In this document: one piece after another, positions 50,701 through 62,754 of the stretch
Position numbering within the stretch: position 1 is the first letter of the stretch
Layout of the letters: each line of letters begins with the position of its first letter
Assembly (NCBI GenBank): GCA_002633005.1
Contig: NMRA01000353.1
Location: 71,625 to 135,624 of the forward strand
Origin: Phoronis australis
Lineage: Eukaryota > Animalia > Phoronida
Length of the DNA stretch: 64,000 bases
Reading direction: 5' to 3'
The notes under the pieces: model-generated
What the model saw: the letters and a program-made list of their open reading frames with translations, nothing else
The model's database searches: none
Told to the model about the DNA's origin: nothing
Made by a program: the position numbers and the translations under genes

Positions 50701-53700
50701 TTATCATGAACTTCTTCATTTGTGCGGCGATCGTCCGGTTTTTAAAATACACAAATACAGCATTTAGGTTGCTTGTGTGTTACTTCTGCTTTTCCAGGTT
50801 CACCTACAACTACAATGGAAATGCTTATTGGTTTGCCACCCCTGCATATTTACCTCAGTGGTGAAGCTGTGCTTGCAGCTTACCGTATGAGATGTAATGG
50901 GCAGTGGAGTAATGCGCGAATCTCTGATACTGTTGCTCATAAGAGCCATGTTAATGTATGTAACAGGTTAATGTCAGAACCTGGAACACATTTGACAATG
51001 TCAAGGGATGTTTTATTGACAGACACAATTTCTGTATAGAAATTGGAGGTGGTCACGAAATCATTGATTACAATGACCAACAGTCCGTTTGTTACACTGA
51101 TGGCTCTAAACTTGACAACGGACAGTCAGGATCAGGAATTTATTTTCCAGGCCTTGCAGGTGATGACAAAGAAAGCTGGATCTCACTGGGTAACACCGTT
51201 ACAATCTTTCAGGCTGAAATTGTTGCCATTCACCAGGCTGCCCAACTGACAAGGGAGCATGAAGCAGTCCTTGATAACAAGGAACTCTTCATACTCTCAG
51301 ATAGCCAAGCAGCTATTAAAGCTTTAACTAAGCCTAAGATCAACTCCCATTGTGTCCTGGCCTGTGTAAATGAACTTAACCACCTATCAGCTGGTAGAAC
51401 GGTTCATGTGAACTGGGTTAAAGCCCATGTTGGCATTGACGGTAACGAAGCTGCTGACGAACTTGCAAAAGAAGGAGCAAGTGCACACTGTTTTGTACCA
51501 AAACCTTGCATACTAGTTGCCTATAGGTACTGTAGAGCAAAGGTAAAACACTGGGTGTGTAAACTGTCCGTGGATCCATGGAGAAAGCTGTCTGCCTGCA
51601 GATAAACAAAACAACTTTTTCCAAGTCGCATTGAACCAAAAGGTTCAAAGAAACTGTTACGTTTAGATAGGTTTGTTATAAGGCAGCTGATCAAGGTTAT
51701 TACTCGACACTGCAACCTAGCTCGGCACCGTAACATCACAGGCCACATGGCATGGTGATTGTGTCCCAACTGTGGCGTGTCTTTCTGAAACAAACAGGCA
51801 GATTGGAAGATTTCACCCATGAGGAATCTGGTGATGTCATATCCCCATGAGTCACAATCAGTTGACTGACTAGTGTAATAGCCCAGGCCTTGTGGCCTAA
51901 ACACGCCTGATGTACCGCAAAAGGCATCAGGGCCACCTGCACCTTTTTTTAGCTAAAAAGCAATACTTCGCGAGATTACGTGAGATATTGCTGTGTATTT
52001 TAAATGAGAACACGTGACTTTGGCTAGATTTTAGGTATGTCCTAGCGTAGGTCCTAGCCTTATTGAACGCACGCCAGGTATCCTCAAATTCCACTTTTTC
52101 CAAAAGGGAATACAATCCTGCACTAAATTTTTGCCTTAATCAAAGAAAATATTAACTTGTTGAATAAGACCATCTTACCAGTACCAAGCTTTTCTCAACC
52201 TTATTTAGACATCATTTATAGGTTTGGAAAGAACTGGACGTTCCTTATTGCTCGAAGAAACGCTTGGTATTTTTAATGACTTGTTGTGACAAGACAACTT
52301 GAGTCAGATCTCCAGTAGTAACGACCTGTGAGTTCTTCAAAAGCGCAAATATCACCTCTGATCCCAGGAAGGAAGCAGGTTCACAGGAACACATAATTAT
52401 CACTAAAACTTATCCTGCAAGGGTTTAGGAGATACAGCAGCAGACGCCAAGAGATGACAGCAATATGCACCCACATATGTACAATTATGTATGCGGGTGC
52501 ATACAAATGACTGTCACAATGGCAAAATCATACAGAATGGTTTAACCATCTTACTAACTTTCCAGTTAATTTCCCTTCGTTCTCAGTTAAGAAAGGGAAC
52601 CTAGTCTGATGATAATTTGGCTTACGCTCAGCCATAAAGATTGGGAATTACGGGTCATCTTGTTTGAATACTTTTAGCATGTACTGCAAACACTAGTCAA
52701 AATTAAGGAACAACACTATACCTCCTCTTCTTCCTCGTCTGCAAAAGAAAAAGGCACAACATCAATGTCTGACAGACAACACGACTGTGTACATATTAAT
52801 TATAAACAATCCAGTGGAACTACACACAAGCACTTAATACCACAAATCTATAACTTCTAATCAACAAGAAGCAAGTTTGAGACAGCTTAACCCCGCAAAA
52901 TACTGTCTATGATCCCCAGCCCAAGAATACAACACTAATATCTTGTGGACCTCAAACCATAAACAAGCCAGCACTCGACCACGGACGAATAACGTAGTGT
53001 TAGAAATTCGGTCCTGCACTTCGGTCACTTGCATTGGAAATTGTCCATCCAAGGTAAAGATGCCTGTCTGTGGTTTTGGTTCTGTGGTAAAGATTTTGAA
53101 TTTTTGAGTTGTGTGGTATGGGTCCCGTGTGTTAAGAGCGGGTTTCCACTCTCCAGCATATGCAAAAATGCTCTGCCACCCGGGTTTAACAGTCTATGCA
53201 TGTACAAGCTTGAATCTGGCAACTGCCACACGTACACATTTGAACCACTACAGCTGCAAAATCATGTAGATATTGGTTTAAAAACACAAATTTTTTTCAT
53301 TCTGTAATTATACAGAATTGGTTTAACACACAACATTTTTCATTGTTCACAGTCTTTATTCCGTTACGTTTGTACCGTCGAAACAAAACTCTACTCTCAA
53401 TAGAACATAGAAAAAGTAACTGACCTAGCAACATAATTAAAAGACACATGATATTTCGAAACATACTTGTTTCATTCTCAAGTGAAGATAAAATGACGCA
53501 GTAATGCCACCACAGAGCTAAGCTGATGACACACACAGTGAAACACGGCAGGTGTGAAATACTGCAAAGAATGACTAATGAAGGGGGTAACAGGAAAAGG
53601 CATGCAAACAAGTGTAACGTGCGGCGCGACACTATTTGCTGCCCATTCAAAACAGGCTTCTCAAAAGCGATTAAAAGGGACTCTTAATACTTTCAATTGC

Positions 53701-56700
53701 AGCACATCGTGCTCCACGTAGCAAATTGACTTGTTTTCCACAATTTCTTGACGGGTGATTTTACGTTCGTGACACTGCAGAAAATGATCTTGGATGACGC
53801 CATTTTGAAGATGCATAAATAACCGACAGGAAAGACTGCAAACCGTTTGACCAATGTAACATTGCTTGATGATGTCTGTAATTAATAAAGCGTGCCTTTT
53901 TGGTGGAACATTCAATTTTTATAGCAAGTACATTCCTATGACACATCTTACGTTATTGTGACAATTTGGGACCTTGTGATAATTTGAGCCTGAACACACA
54001 AAATTGTTGTGACAATTTGGACCTGCACAGGGCCCCACACAAAACATGGCTCCACCGTGCAGAAACGGGGCCCCAGAATTTTTTTTCGGAACTTTTAAGT
54101 GAAAATTCGTGTCAAAAGAGTCAAGAACAACACTGTTGCTCAAATTTATTCACCATCATTTCATATGAATTTTTGTACAATTATGTACTTTTCTGGGACC
54201 TTTGTAGTGCTGTAAATTGTAAATCTAGGCAATGGAGACGTAGTGAAAGTGTGCGTGGTCACAGTGGGGTCGCGCGAAGTGAAAACTCCGGCAAAGATTC
54301 ATCAACTCACTACTGAGGAATGCAAACATTACAGGATTAATCCCACAAGTGATACACTGCACAAGTCAGAAGCTTTTGAACAAATCGCCATGCCAGTTGA
54401 TTGATCTAAAAAGTATAGTTTTACAAGATTTAAGGGACTTACTTTATACCAGGAAAATCTTCATAGTGTACATGAATGTTAATGTAGCCTACTTCAGTGG
54501 TTTTATTTCAAGAAACATTTGGGTAAACTATGTCATAACTACCAGGATTCGTTTTGGCAATCTAATGATACGATATAAACAAAAGTCATACAACCTTGTC
54601 CACATGTTACAGTTTTGGAATCGCCTGCTGAATGAGTTCCACACCAGTAGGCTAAAGCCACGCAAGGTCCACGGGTTGCCATAAAAACGAGTGCAAAATT
54701 GTATGCCTCACTTTTTGAGCTTGGTACAATTATCAGAAACTGTTTTGAAGAGTTTGAAGAGGAAGCTAAATCTTAATTGCCTGGTGTAAATGATAAAGCT
54801 GCGGCAAAACGAAGGACACGGAAAAAGCAACCTAATGACGGAGACGCTGATCTTGATAACAAAGATATGATTTCAGAGTTAACCGTAAAATCAAGAAAAT
54901 AGAACTTCGCAAAATCATAACAGCAAGTAGAATGCTGTATCATTTTTAACGTACAAAAGCCAGTTGTGTGCAATTGGATCAATACTCACTAGATTATAGT
55001 GAGAGCTTTTCCTGCAGGAATGCATTGGTTATTTCAACTTTCAAGTTGTTTATTTTATTCCGTTGTTACAAGAACTGAACTATGTTGGTCTACGTAATTT
55101 ACCTCAGATTAGTCGATGGGGTTCCAGGCTTGTGATAGCTTAGGGCCCCACAAACCCTTAATCTGGCACTGCTTAACTTAGACTGAAATAACATTGGCTG
55201 TCACTGATCACATTGTCATGTTGCACTTGTTGAACAATGCCGTTACTCGCCAATCATATTTTGTAGAACAAGCTAACCTTAAGCTTGCTGACTTGACTTA
55301 TGTTTTTAAGTAACATTTTGAGGTATTATTATTGCGAATAGACCTAGGATGCCCTGTCGTATATCAATCAATCAATTCAGTTATATAATAAAGGCCATAG
55401 GCACACAGTACCAAAGAGCAACATGTAACAGACTTAAGAGTGCAGCACAACATGTAACAGACTTAAGAGTGCAGCACAACATGTAACAGACTTAAGAGTG
55501 CAGCACAACATGTAACAGACTTAAGAGTGCAGCACAACATGTAACAGACTTAAGAGTGCAGCACAACATGTAACAGACTTAAGAGTGCAGCACGCCAACA
55601 CGGAGTAAGCATTTAAATACATATTTATTAGGTTAATTAATTTAGCATCATCACTTGTTGACATTAATCTATGGAATTTGAAAACAGACGGAAAATTCCA
55701 GTAATACACTTCAATATAATTTTCTCTCAATTCATAATATTTATCATAGCTGAGAATAAAATGTTACTCGTCTTCTACAACTCGGGCAGAAGGGACACAC
55801 TCTGTTTGCCCTATCCAAATTCGAGTGCCTGCCTGCCTCAATCATGAGGCTGTGTCTAGAACAATGAAAACGTGCCATGGATATAATTTGTGCACGGGGT
55901 GTATTCAAACTTAATTTTTTTTTCTAATTTGAATTCCTTTGTAAATTGATCATAAAAACACAGTTTAGGATTATTCTCAACAGTCTGTCTCCATCTTTGC
56001 AAATAATAATCCCTTACTCATTGTCTAAAAATTAGTATTTTCACACACAACTCCTTGATTTAACCAAATTACTTGGAATCCATAATTTGATAAATAAGTC
56101 AATCTGATGTGGCCTAATCTGTAATATTTTTGTAGATGTTTTATTAAATTTAAATGCAAGTTTCCAACTTCACCGTTGAAGAAATATTTTCACAAAATTA
56201 AAAACACCATACTCGTCTGGGTTACTGTCCATGCTCGGCTTACCGCCCATCCCCAATTTTTCATGATCGAGACCTCCTTAAAAGTGTTTATGCATTTGTG
56301 AACGTTCGTCGCACAAAACTAAGATTCCAAAACATGCGCAACTCGCTTACGTTTCTGTGACAATCAATCAGTTTTAGTGGAAACAGGACCTTGCCTTACT
56401 ACGACGAAATACAGGTATTCTCCTGCTCTTTACTGAAGAAGACACAATTGTTTCCTTTGGCTCACGCGCGGACAGCCCTTGTCGAATGTATTTCATTGCC
56501 ATTGTCAGGCTCAATGTTTCGCTTCAACACTGAATTCACCGACAAATGGTACCCAGTCATGTCTATAGTGATGGTAACCACGTACGACAGAGTAAAAGGT
56601 GAAACTGTCACATTGTTTTGAGCCCAAACAGACATGAGACATTGTCGTGACAAGCAACTTGTCACTGTCTTGGTTTTTAATGACTCACTCTTGACACCAA

Positions 56701-58123
56701 AATGGAAGTGCCTGAACAAAAAGCAACAGCGCAAGAAATCAACTAGTCATTAAGCGCAAGTCGGACATTCTGTCCACATCCACGTGGTCAAAAACTTATT
56801 TTTTGAACTCTTGATTTGCCTGATGACCTTTTACATGTGTTTTTGCTTCATTATTTTTGCAGCCGACCAACCACCCCTAGTGCCTAATAGTAGTATGGTC
56901 CGATTGTTGAGCATGTGCTTTGAACAAATTCTGGGAGGTCGGTTTTGGCTCTTCAACACAGAAAGAAATAAACAATGTATATAAAATGTTAGCACATAGT
57001 TCAAAGCTCAAAGTATTAAGAAGACCTGTCAATCATCAGCAAGGGTTGGTTGCCAAAGTATTCAGCAGGGAGCAAATCTTATATAAAGTCATGTGCTTCT
57101 CTTAGAAATACATGGTGAACTAGCAGAGTCTTGCTTTTCCCTCAAGAAACTTGGTCTACTGAACGCACACCTACCTGTAGAAATACCTTAGTTCTAAGGG
57201 ATAATGAGCAGCGACCAAAGTATGTAAAAACCCAATCACGCTCGGGATCACGGCACCACTGTATCGTGTGCGCTACTCCACTACCGCCCTTCAAAGTCCG
57301 TTACTTCAATCCGCTGACACATATTGTAACTGACATGCCAGAAGTCTGACGTCAGTGCAGCTCCGTCAGGGTGGAATTGGTCCTCCGTGCAGTAAGCACC
57401 CACTCCCGACTTTTCAAAAATTTCGATTTTAGCCGCCCATGCTCGGCTTACCGCCTACCCATTTTTTTAGATTCCCAATTTAAGCGCCCTGGGTGGTAAC
57501 CCGGACGAGTACGGCAAATGATTAGATTTGAGAGGTATTGTTTAAAATGGAATTGGGCTTGGAAATCAGAAATAGTTACCTGAAATCTCTAAATTTTCTT
57601 CATATTCACCTTCATAGTGATGCCCAGTACTTATGAAATCTATCTCATGTCTGGCAGGCTCGTGGAAAATCATGTCTGAGAAATAAAAATCGAACGTGAT
57701 CAGTTACAACCAGGACTCCAAAACCAAACACACACGAACAATATAGAGTTCAGTAATTAACAAGTATTTACCAAGGGGATCTTGATCTTCTTCATTCACG
57801 GTTGCCTCTTCATGACTAATGGTCGCAGTCCTTGGTGTCTCTGGAGTCCTGACCTGGATGACATGATCAGTAGGCAAGCTCTCATTCAAATCATTGATTG
57901 ATAGGCTACTCATCAAGTCATCAGTTGAGCATTCATTTTCACCAGCTGTTGATGGATCTTCAGAACTAGTTAAGACCCCAGTCATATCCGTCAGCCTCAA
58001 CTCTCTAGAATCTGTTTTTTGTCCACCAAGGTTCATGTTGTTATACAGAGGATCTGGCACATTCTCATTACCACAGGCGCCACCTGGTGGTTGGGCGTCA
58101 TCGCATATGTTGGCTGTATCCAT
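28521..58123 (-). CDS. TAZ-like zinc finger plus pseudokinase protein (~526 aa)
   Basis: Phase-compatible exons (5' to 3'): 58123-57772, 57675-57580, 52738-52722, 49835-49782, 44606-44458, 43275-43176, 35710-35582, 35092-34957 (GC donor), 33421-33293, 32477-32311, 31812-31684, 29967-29899, 28574-28521 (TGA). Total 1581 nt. Extra exons in the N gap cannot be excluded. Confidence 0.8.
31960..32034 (-). mobile_element. tRNA-derived SINE head or tRNA pseudogene
   Basis: Minus strand A box TGGCCTAATGG and B box GGTTCGAGTTC; no convincing cloverleaf. Confidence 0.5.
34045..34650. repeat. 32-bp minisatellite x~19
   Basis: TTTATTGTGCATAGCTCATTCATTAGTATGTA, highly homogeneous. Confidence 0.95.
34828..34989. 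repeat. 79-bp tandem duplication spanning the GC splice donor of the minus-strand gene
   Basis: CCTACTTCTCTTGTGACATC at 34842 and 34921. Confidence 0.9.
35844..36208. repeat. 25-bp CA-rich minisatellite x~14
   Basis: TCCACACATACACACATGCACTACA; explains the His/Thr-rich ORFs. Confidence 0.95.
36402..42150 (-). mobile_element. Cluster of nested or tandem HINE-like copies
   Basis: Reverse complements of the 15062-16581 element: several 3' ends (ACAAGAGCAA...GAAATGCGCCC at ~36402, 38021, 40663) and 5' ends (ATGTGGGYGCATAA at ~40290, 41560), dozens of CCACTAG motifs. Confidence 0.75.
44458..49835 (-). CDS. TAZ-like zinc finger (2 exons)
   Basis: CNYENSCHEEWCQEYKRCLKCADIDYKGDCHSCEKAIKYIQDHQNRECSEVRCRVPFC compared with CBP/p300 TAZ2 CRNANCSLPSCQKMKR...GGCPICKQ...HAKHCQENKCPVPFC. 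Confidence 0.6.
44730..48210 (-). mobile_element. Second cluster of HINE-like copies
   Basis: Same family; 3' ends near 45676 and 46974, 5' end near 46925; runs into the N gap. Confidence 0.75.
48211..48728. other. Assembly gap (518 N)
   Basis: Run of N. Confidence 1.
48729..49059. repeat. 37-bp minisatellite x~9 next to the gap
   Basis: ACAGGGATGATATGCACCTTATGTATATGTGGGGGAG. Confidence 0.95.
49060..49530 (-). mobile_element. Degenerate HINE-like fragment
   Basis: GCCACAGTAG and CACTAGGG motifs, AAATTTCA motifs, 5' end ATGGGTGCATAA at ~49519-49530. Confidence 0.55.
50202..50743 (+). mobile_element. Penelope-like element fragment with inverted pseudo-LTR
   Basis: 94-bp inverted repeats (50202-50295 / 50631-50724, 2 mismatches) around a GIY-YIG remnant YIGLTQRRLCDRLK; 13-bp direct repeat AAAATACACAAAT at 50196 and 50744. 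Confidence 0.75.
50224..50265 (-). ncRNA. Minimal type I hammerhead ribozyme core
   Basis: CUGAUGA-U-GUCUA-ACGAA-UAGAC-GAAAC-GUU; stem II GUCUA/UAGAC, palindromic AACGUU stem III. Confidence 0.65.
50744..51950 (+). mobile_element. Degenerate non-LTR retrotransposon 3' part with RNase H (LOA/Lian-Aa1-like)
   Basis: CLCVTSAFPGSPT..MEMLIGLPPLH; YTDGSK..GSGIY; TIFQAEIVAI; ILSDSQAAIKAL; WVKAHVGIDGNEAADELAKEG; ITRHCNLARH; frameshifts and stops. Confidence 0.88.
52412..52503 (-). mobile_element. Short HINE-like 5' fragment
   Basis: CCTGCAAGGGTTTAGGAGATACAG...GAGATGACAGCAATATGCACCCACAT...GGGTGCATA. Confidence 0.6.
53300..53960 (-). mobile_element. Penelope-like element remnant (GIY-YIG endonuclease)
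   Basis: KQCYIGQTVCSLSCRLFMHLQNGVIQDH...HERKITRQEIVEN; left boundary approximate. Confidence 0.7.
54027..55171 (+). mobile_element. Degenerate hAT-like DNA transposon remnant
   Basis: VRGHSGVAR, IHCTSQKLLN and FWNRLL-type transposase remnants; right end GGGCCCC...TTAATCTGGCACTG resembles hAT termini. Left end uncertain. Confidence 0.45.
55419..55593. repeat. 29-bp minisatellite x6
   Basis: CAACATGTAACAGACTTAAGAGTGCAGCA, identical units. Confidence 0.95.
56207..57514. mobile_element. Non-autonomous TIR transposon, Tc1/mariner-pogo-like
   Basis: 25-bp imperfect TIRs CCATACTCGTCTGGGTTAC / GTAACCCGGACGAGTACGG; subterminal direct repeat CATGCTCGGCTTACCGCC near both ends; TA TSD not preserved. 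Confidence 0.65.
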
Positions 58124-58666
58124 GGTTCTAAAACAACTCCGCAACCCAAACCATAACCTGAAAATTATCATATATGACGAGTTAAGTATGTTAGGGAACA
58201 TCAAGCAGTAAACTGACTTACCTATGATAAATCTTAAATTTCTGTCAACTTTAAGATAAAAGTTAAATTCGTTTTGTAATAAGTCCATTTCAGGAAAGAT
58301 ATCTTATGTTAGACTAAAGTCAAAAATGAAATAAGTCTGTTTTTTGGAACTGGCCTCATGATCAGAACACGTCAAATAAATTGACCTTAAGCATTAAGCA
58401 GGCTTTCTTCCATAGGGCAGAGAGTGTTGCTGCAAAGTCAAAATCCTCCTATGCTCAACCTGAGCATTAGGAGATACTGACACCACAAAGCCAGAATAAT
58501 ATCTGAAATTGGCTTGAAGAGGATGGGAGGTGGCGAACAAGATGTAATAATGTCATAGTTATCTTTCGCTCTGCCGACCACAATTTTATGAACCCCCACG
58601 CAACCTGTTGAAAACCAAGCTATGCAAGTGCAAAGTACCAACCAGGAGACGATTGTGAGAACTAAT

Positions 58667-58827
58667 CAGTGGCGGATTTAAGGGAGGGCAAAGGAGGCTA
58701 TGGTCCCCCCTTAAATGTCTCCCAGATTCCATGTGGCAATACCAGGGTGCTAATGTATGACCAGCAAAATCTTGGCTTATACTCTGCCCTGCCCCCCCCT
58801 CAATTCAAAATCCTGGATCAGCCCCTG
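58667..58827. mobile_element. hAT-type MITE
   Basis: CAGTGGCGGATTT...GGATCAGCCCCTG termini; flanks GAACTAAT / CAAATAAT match 6 of 8 as a TSD. Confidence 0.65.
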
Positions 58828-59429
58828 CAAATAATACAGCCTGAGTTATCGTGACTTCTTTAGCAACTCTTCCAATGGGAGAGCCCTCTGTGACATATTA
58901 AGTGAACAAGAACCCTCTTCTCGAAACCTCTGGTTCTTAATAAGGTCAATCGTGACATCGCGGTCCCTGAATCAGTAAATAAATAAACAAATTACCGTGG
59001 TTATCAGTAACTAATTCAAGAATTTTCTGGATAAATATTGTATTTATAGGAAACACAACAAATTGATGCCTAATTCTCAATACAACTAAAACTCACTAAC
59101 ATAACAGTAACAAAAAACAACCTAAAAGTATTCAGTGCTGGTCAACTATTGTCACCATCTGCTGATCTTGTTTATCCACAGGCGCTCGAACAACAACACT
59201 CTCGAACAGCACCTCCTACAAAGGCGAGGGAGCGACTCTCTAGAGGTCGTGAATTTAGGAAGGAGAGAATAGCCACGAGGCGAAAATGGTGCCCCAAAAA
59301 AATTTCTTTACGTGCTTGGAAACATAATGTATGCATTGTTATATCATTACGGTGTTTTCCCGTTGCTCCCAACTTGTTTGATTCTACGGTATAGCCCAAA
59401 CAACAAGTTGGGAAGAACACCCCTGTAGC

Positions 59430-60416
59430 CAATGTCTTACACGACTGATTAACTCCATTCTGGCATTGATGGTTGGAGGACCAGCTCTCTTTTGTTCAAT
59501 AAGTGCTCTTTTTAGTCGTGATCTACCCCAGTCCAGCCACTGCTGCGCAGTATTGTTTGCATTGCAATCACCCACGTTATAAACGACACCTATTGGACGC
59601 CTGCGGTACTAAAAAATTTGGCAACCAGAAATTTGAAATGGCAAGCTGGGATTTGACCCAACTCGTCAATTGCACGTTGGGTGCTGTCTTAATGTTGGAT
59701 GCTGATCCTAAAAAAGGCCAAGCAATCTGGAATGACATCAGATATTGCATTGCTACACTGGCACTGCACTCCTATATTGAACGTTCTAGCAATAGTCCCA
59801 CATAACTTTTAACGGGCAGACGGATTCAGTACCCAATTGCTACCAAGATCATGAATGACTACCAAGGACAATGATCAAGTTGATGGTGCTCTACAACATT
59901 GACAAGAAAACCAGAAAAAGTATTTCGACTGACATTCGCTCCAAGGGGGGCTGCCACCTGTGTATCCTGGTCAAAGAGTAAGGGTACAACATCATGTATA
60001 TGGAAGCTGGGATCCAGCAAATGTAGTATCAAAGGCAGATGGTCCTTACCGATACCTCCTGAGGAATGCCAATGGACACGTGTTTCGGAGAAACTGTCAA
60101 CACACACGAGATACTCCGATAATGACACCCACTTGTATGTACAATACCTATCTCGCCCAAAAGCTTTCCAGGCCATACTCGCAGTGGTGGGATTATGACC
60201 ACAACCAAGGATGAACTGGTGATTTTTTCAAGCCTTCCATTGCATATTACCTAGTACATAGTCACAACCTTACGGCTGGCAACTCATGGGGCAGAATAAT
60301 CTCTTGGCTTGTCGTGGCTGTTCAGACAGTCTACCCTGAACAAGTCCATTGTATTTTTACATTCATGGCATAGTACAGCTCTAGTGTAAGACTTGTTTAT
60401 TGGTAAAGGGGGGATG
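59430..60416 (+). mobile_element. Gypsy integrase C-terminal remnant ending in a polypurine tract
   Basis: KKAKQSG..DIALLHWHCTP...SPT*LLTGRRI; PGQRVRVQ..GSWDPANVV...PYRYLL...GHVFRRNCQH; AAAGGGGGGA followed by TG at ~60405-60416. Confidence 0.75.
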
Positions 60417-60723
60417 CAGTGATAATGCTAACCTTGTGTGCATGTGTTCTGCATTTCATAACTACCCCGTTCAATTTTTATGTAAAGCTGCCACCTACAG
60501 TGGATATTGTGTGACATTCAACAAACCAACCTGTGCAACAACTGCAGTGCTCTTAATTCATATAACATGCCATCCATGGCATGACACCTAACAGACATTT
60601 AACCACAGAGGCACAAATCTATTGAAGAAGTACCAGGTGCTGCGAAACGTGCAACTTCTAACATGATAAAACGTTGAAACACAAGTGAAAAATGTGACCA
60701 AGCCCAGTACTGTTAACGGAGGA

Positions 60724-60797
60724 GGCAGGGTGGCCCGGTTGATAAGTGCCCGCTTTCTTTACTCAAGGTAGTGTGTTCGAGTCCCACCAGGTCACAC
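60724..60797 (+). mobile_element. tRNA-derived SINE head
   Basis: A-box-like TGGCCCGGTTG and B box GTTCGAGTCCC. Confidence 0.5.
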
Positions 60798-61945
60798 TGC
60801 TAAACCCTTGAGCCAGGTTTCTAGCTTCTCAGCTCGGTTTTAACAATACATATTAATAAAGCATAAAAATAGTTCCAGGTGATCATTGCAATGGGCCCAC
60901 ACGCAAGGCCTGCCCAAGTTTGGTACAACATGTATCAGACCACCTGCAATTGTTTTTTTTTAGTACTGTTAATGGTAACATGCCTTGCAGCTCAATTTGT
61001 AGTTAATATGACTAGTATCTCCAGAGAGATTCGACGTTCAGTTTATAGGTTGTTTGGCTTTGTAAGCATACATGCTCATATACATTATAATCCTGGTTAA
61101 AATTGGCAGCCAATGGCAGATGCTTGAAAACCACAATTAGAGTGCTGCACCACGGCTTCACACGATATAAGTGAGAGTGTGAGTACACTTACTGCTAGAG
61201 TTTCCAAAATGAACTCTGTGAAATTGGAAGAGCAAGTGCAACAATGGCCAGTTGCCGCTTTGGGCAACTGAACGAAGGAGTGCTTGAAAAAAAGTTTGAT
61301 TACGAGTACTTGTTCGTGTTGGAACATAACGTGGAATTGCGAGGACTTGACAGGGACCTCAGGGGTCTCATGCTCCACTGGCTTATCTACACTAATTTGA
61401 AATGGTTTTGTCCAGTCACGTGTTTTGGGTCACAAAAGAGATAATGATACCTAAAGCTGACATGGCAAGCATAACTACTCTGGTTTATCACACTGGTTCA
61501 GACTCACAGGAGAAATAAAGAATTACGCTGACTGTTAACTTGTTTTTGCAGACTTAAGTCTCAATGCCGTGTGCGCAACGACGATGCACGATTTTCAGAG
61601 TTGTGTTCACAATGATCAACATTAGAATTAGAGAGCAAATATGTACCCCCGTTACTTTTTCCCAGCATTCATTTTGAAATGGCTAATATTTCAATTGTAA
61701 GCGAAAAAATACATGGCCGTTCTTACTTGCTATACCGGAAAGACTAACTACTCACTAGATTGCGCGAGCTACGTTCCTGTAGATTTTACACTAAGGTCAT
61801 TAATTTGCCTTTTTAACTGCTAAACTATAACTGCTGTTACTCATGTTTGCGATATTAGAGCAAAAAATAGTTAAATGTTAATTGTAATTACTTTTGACGT
61901 CTTTCTTTGTTGACAAAGAAATCGCTTTACCGTGTAATAATCTAT

Positions 61946-62754
61946 TGTGACGATTGTCCACTCTGCCGAGCTGGCCCACACTGAATTTGAAAGATCTTGG
62001 CCAAAACGTCAACGATAATAGTTGTCAGAATAAATATTGATTAAGTAATTAGTAAGAATAGATCCATTTTAAGTAGACTAAAATTTGTGCATATGTACTT
62101 TTAAATCATGGGATCAGACTTGTTGAGATTCTAGAAAATTCTGGGAACAAACTGTAACAGCCAATTATATGATTGGATATGATCATGTGTTTTTTATTAA
62201 CCAATCACTAAATAAGTAGAATATTATAATATGAGCTTAAGTCAACAAGATATTCAGATGAGATATAGTAGTTGAAGCATAAAGACTTGCTACAGTGGAG
62301 TCCAGAGGAAATTGTACAGCAGAGCCATCTCGTGGAAGATTCTAGAAAGGATTTTGGCAAGGGCAAAGGTTAACGAACAGGAAGTTAACTAAGAGCTTGT
62401 CACTTGCATCGTGGGTAGTAAGATACTACCTGAAGTGTTGTGTCACCAGCCAGAGACTGTGACCAGCAAGAAGAATCGCAGTTAGAAGAAAATGCCTGCA
62501 AGTGTTGCATCACCATAGACGGTGACCAGCAAGTACACTGTCGCTATACAGTGTGTGTAGTTCGAAGATTCACCAACAGGACAGTCATCCAACAAGTGGA
62601 GAGTCCTAGCTTGCATAGCAGATAAGACATTTGATTATTTTGGTTGATTGATTGAAGTAATCTTTAAAGAGGGCGCTATAGCATAGTTACTCTTCTTTGT
62701 AGTTGATTACTTAATTAACAACAGGTTTCACTTGTCTAATAAGGGGTTATCACA
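61946..62754 (+). mobile_element. Probable solo LTR (~809 bp)
   Basis: TGTGA...TCACA termini, TCTAGA and CCAAT motifs, TATAAT near 62226; TSD imperfect (TCTAT / TAAAT). Confidence 0.5.

Noticed and set aside
52180-52325. Candidate exon of the minus-strand gene
   Set aside because: Stops in all three frames.
60724-60797. Functional tRNA genes (also 31960-32034)
   Set aside because: Only A and B boxes; acceptor and anticodon stems do not pair.
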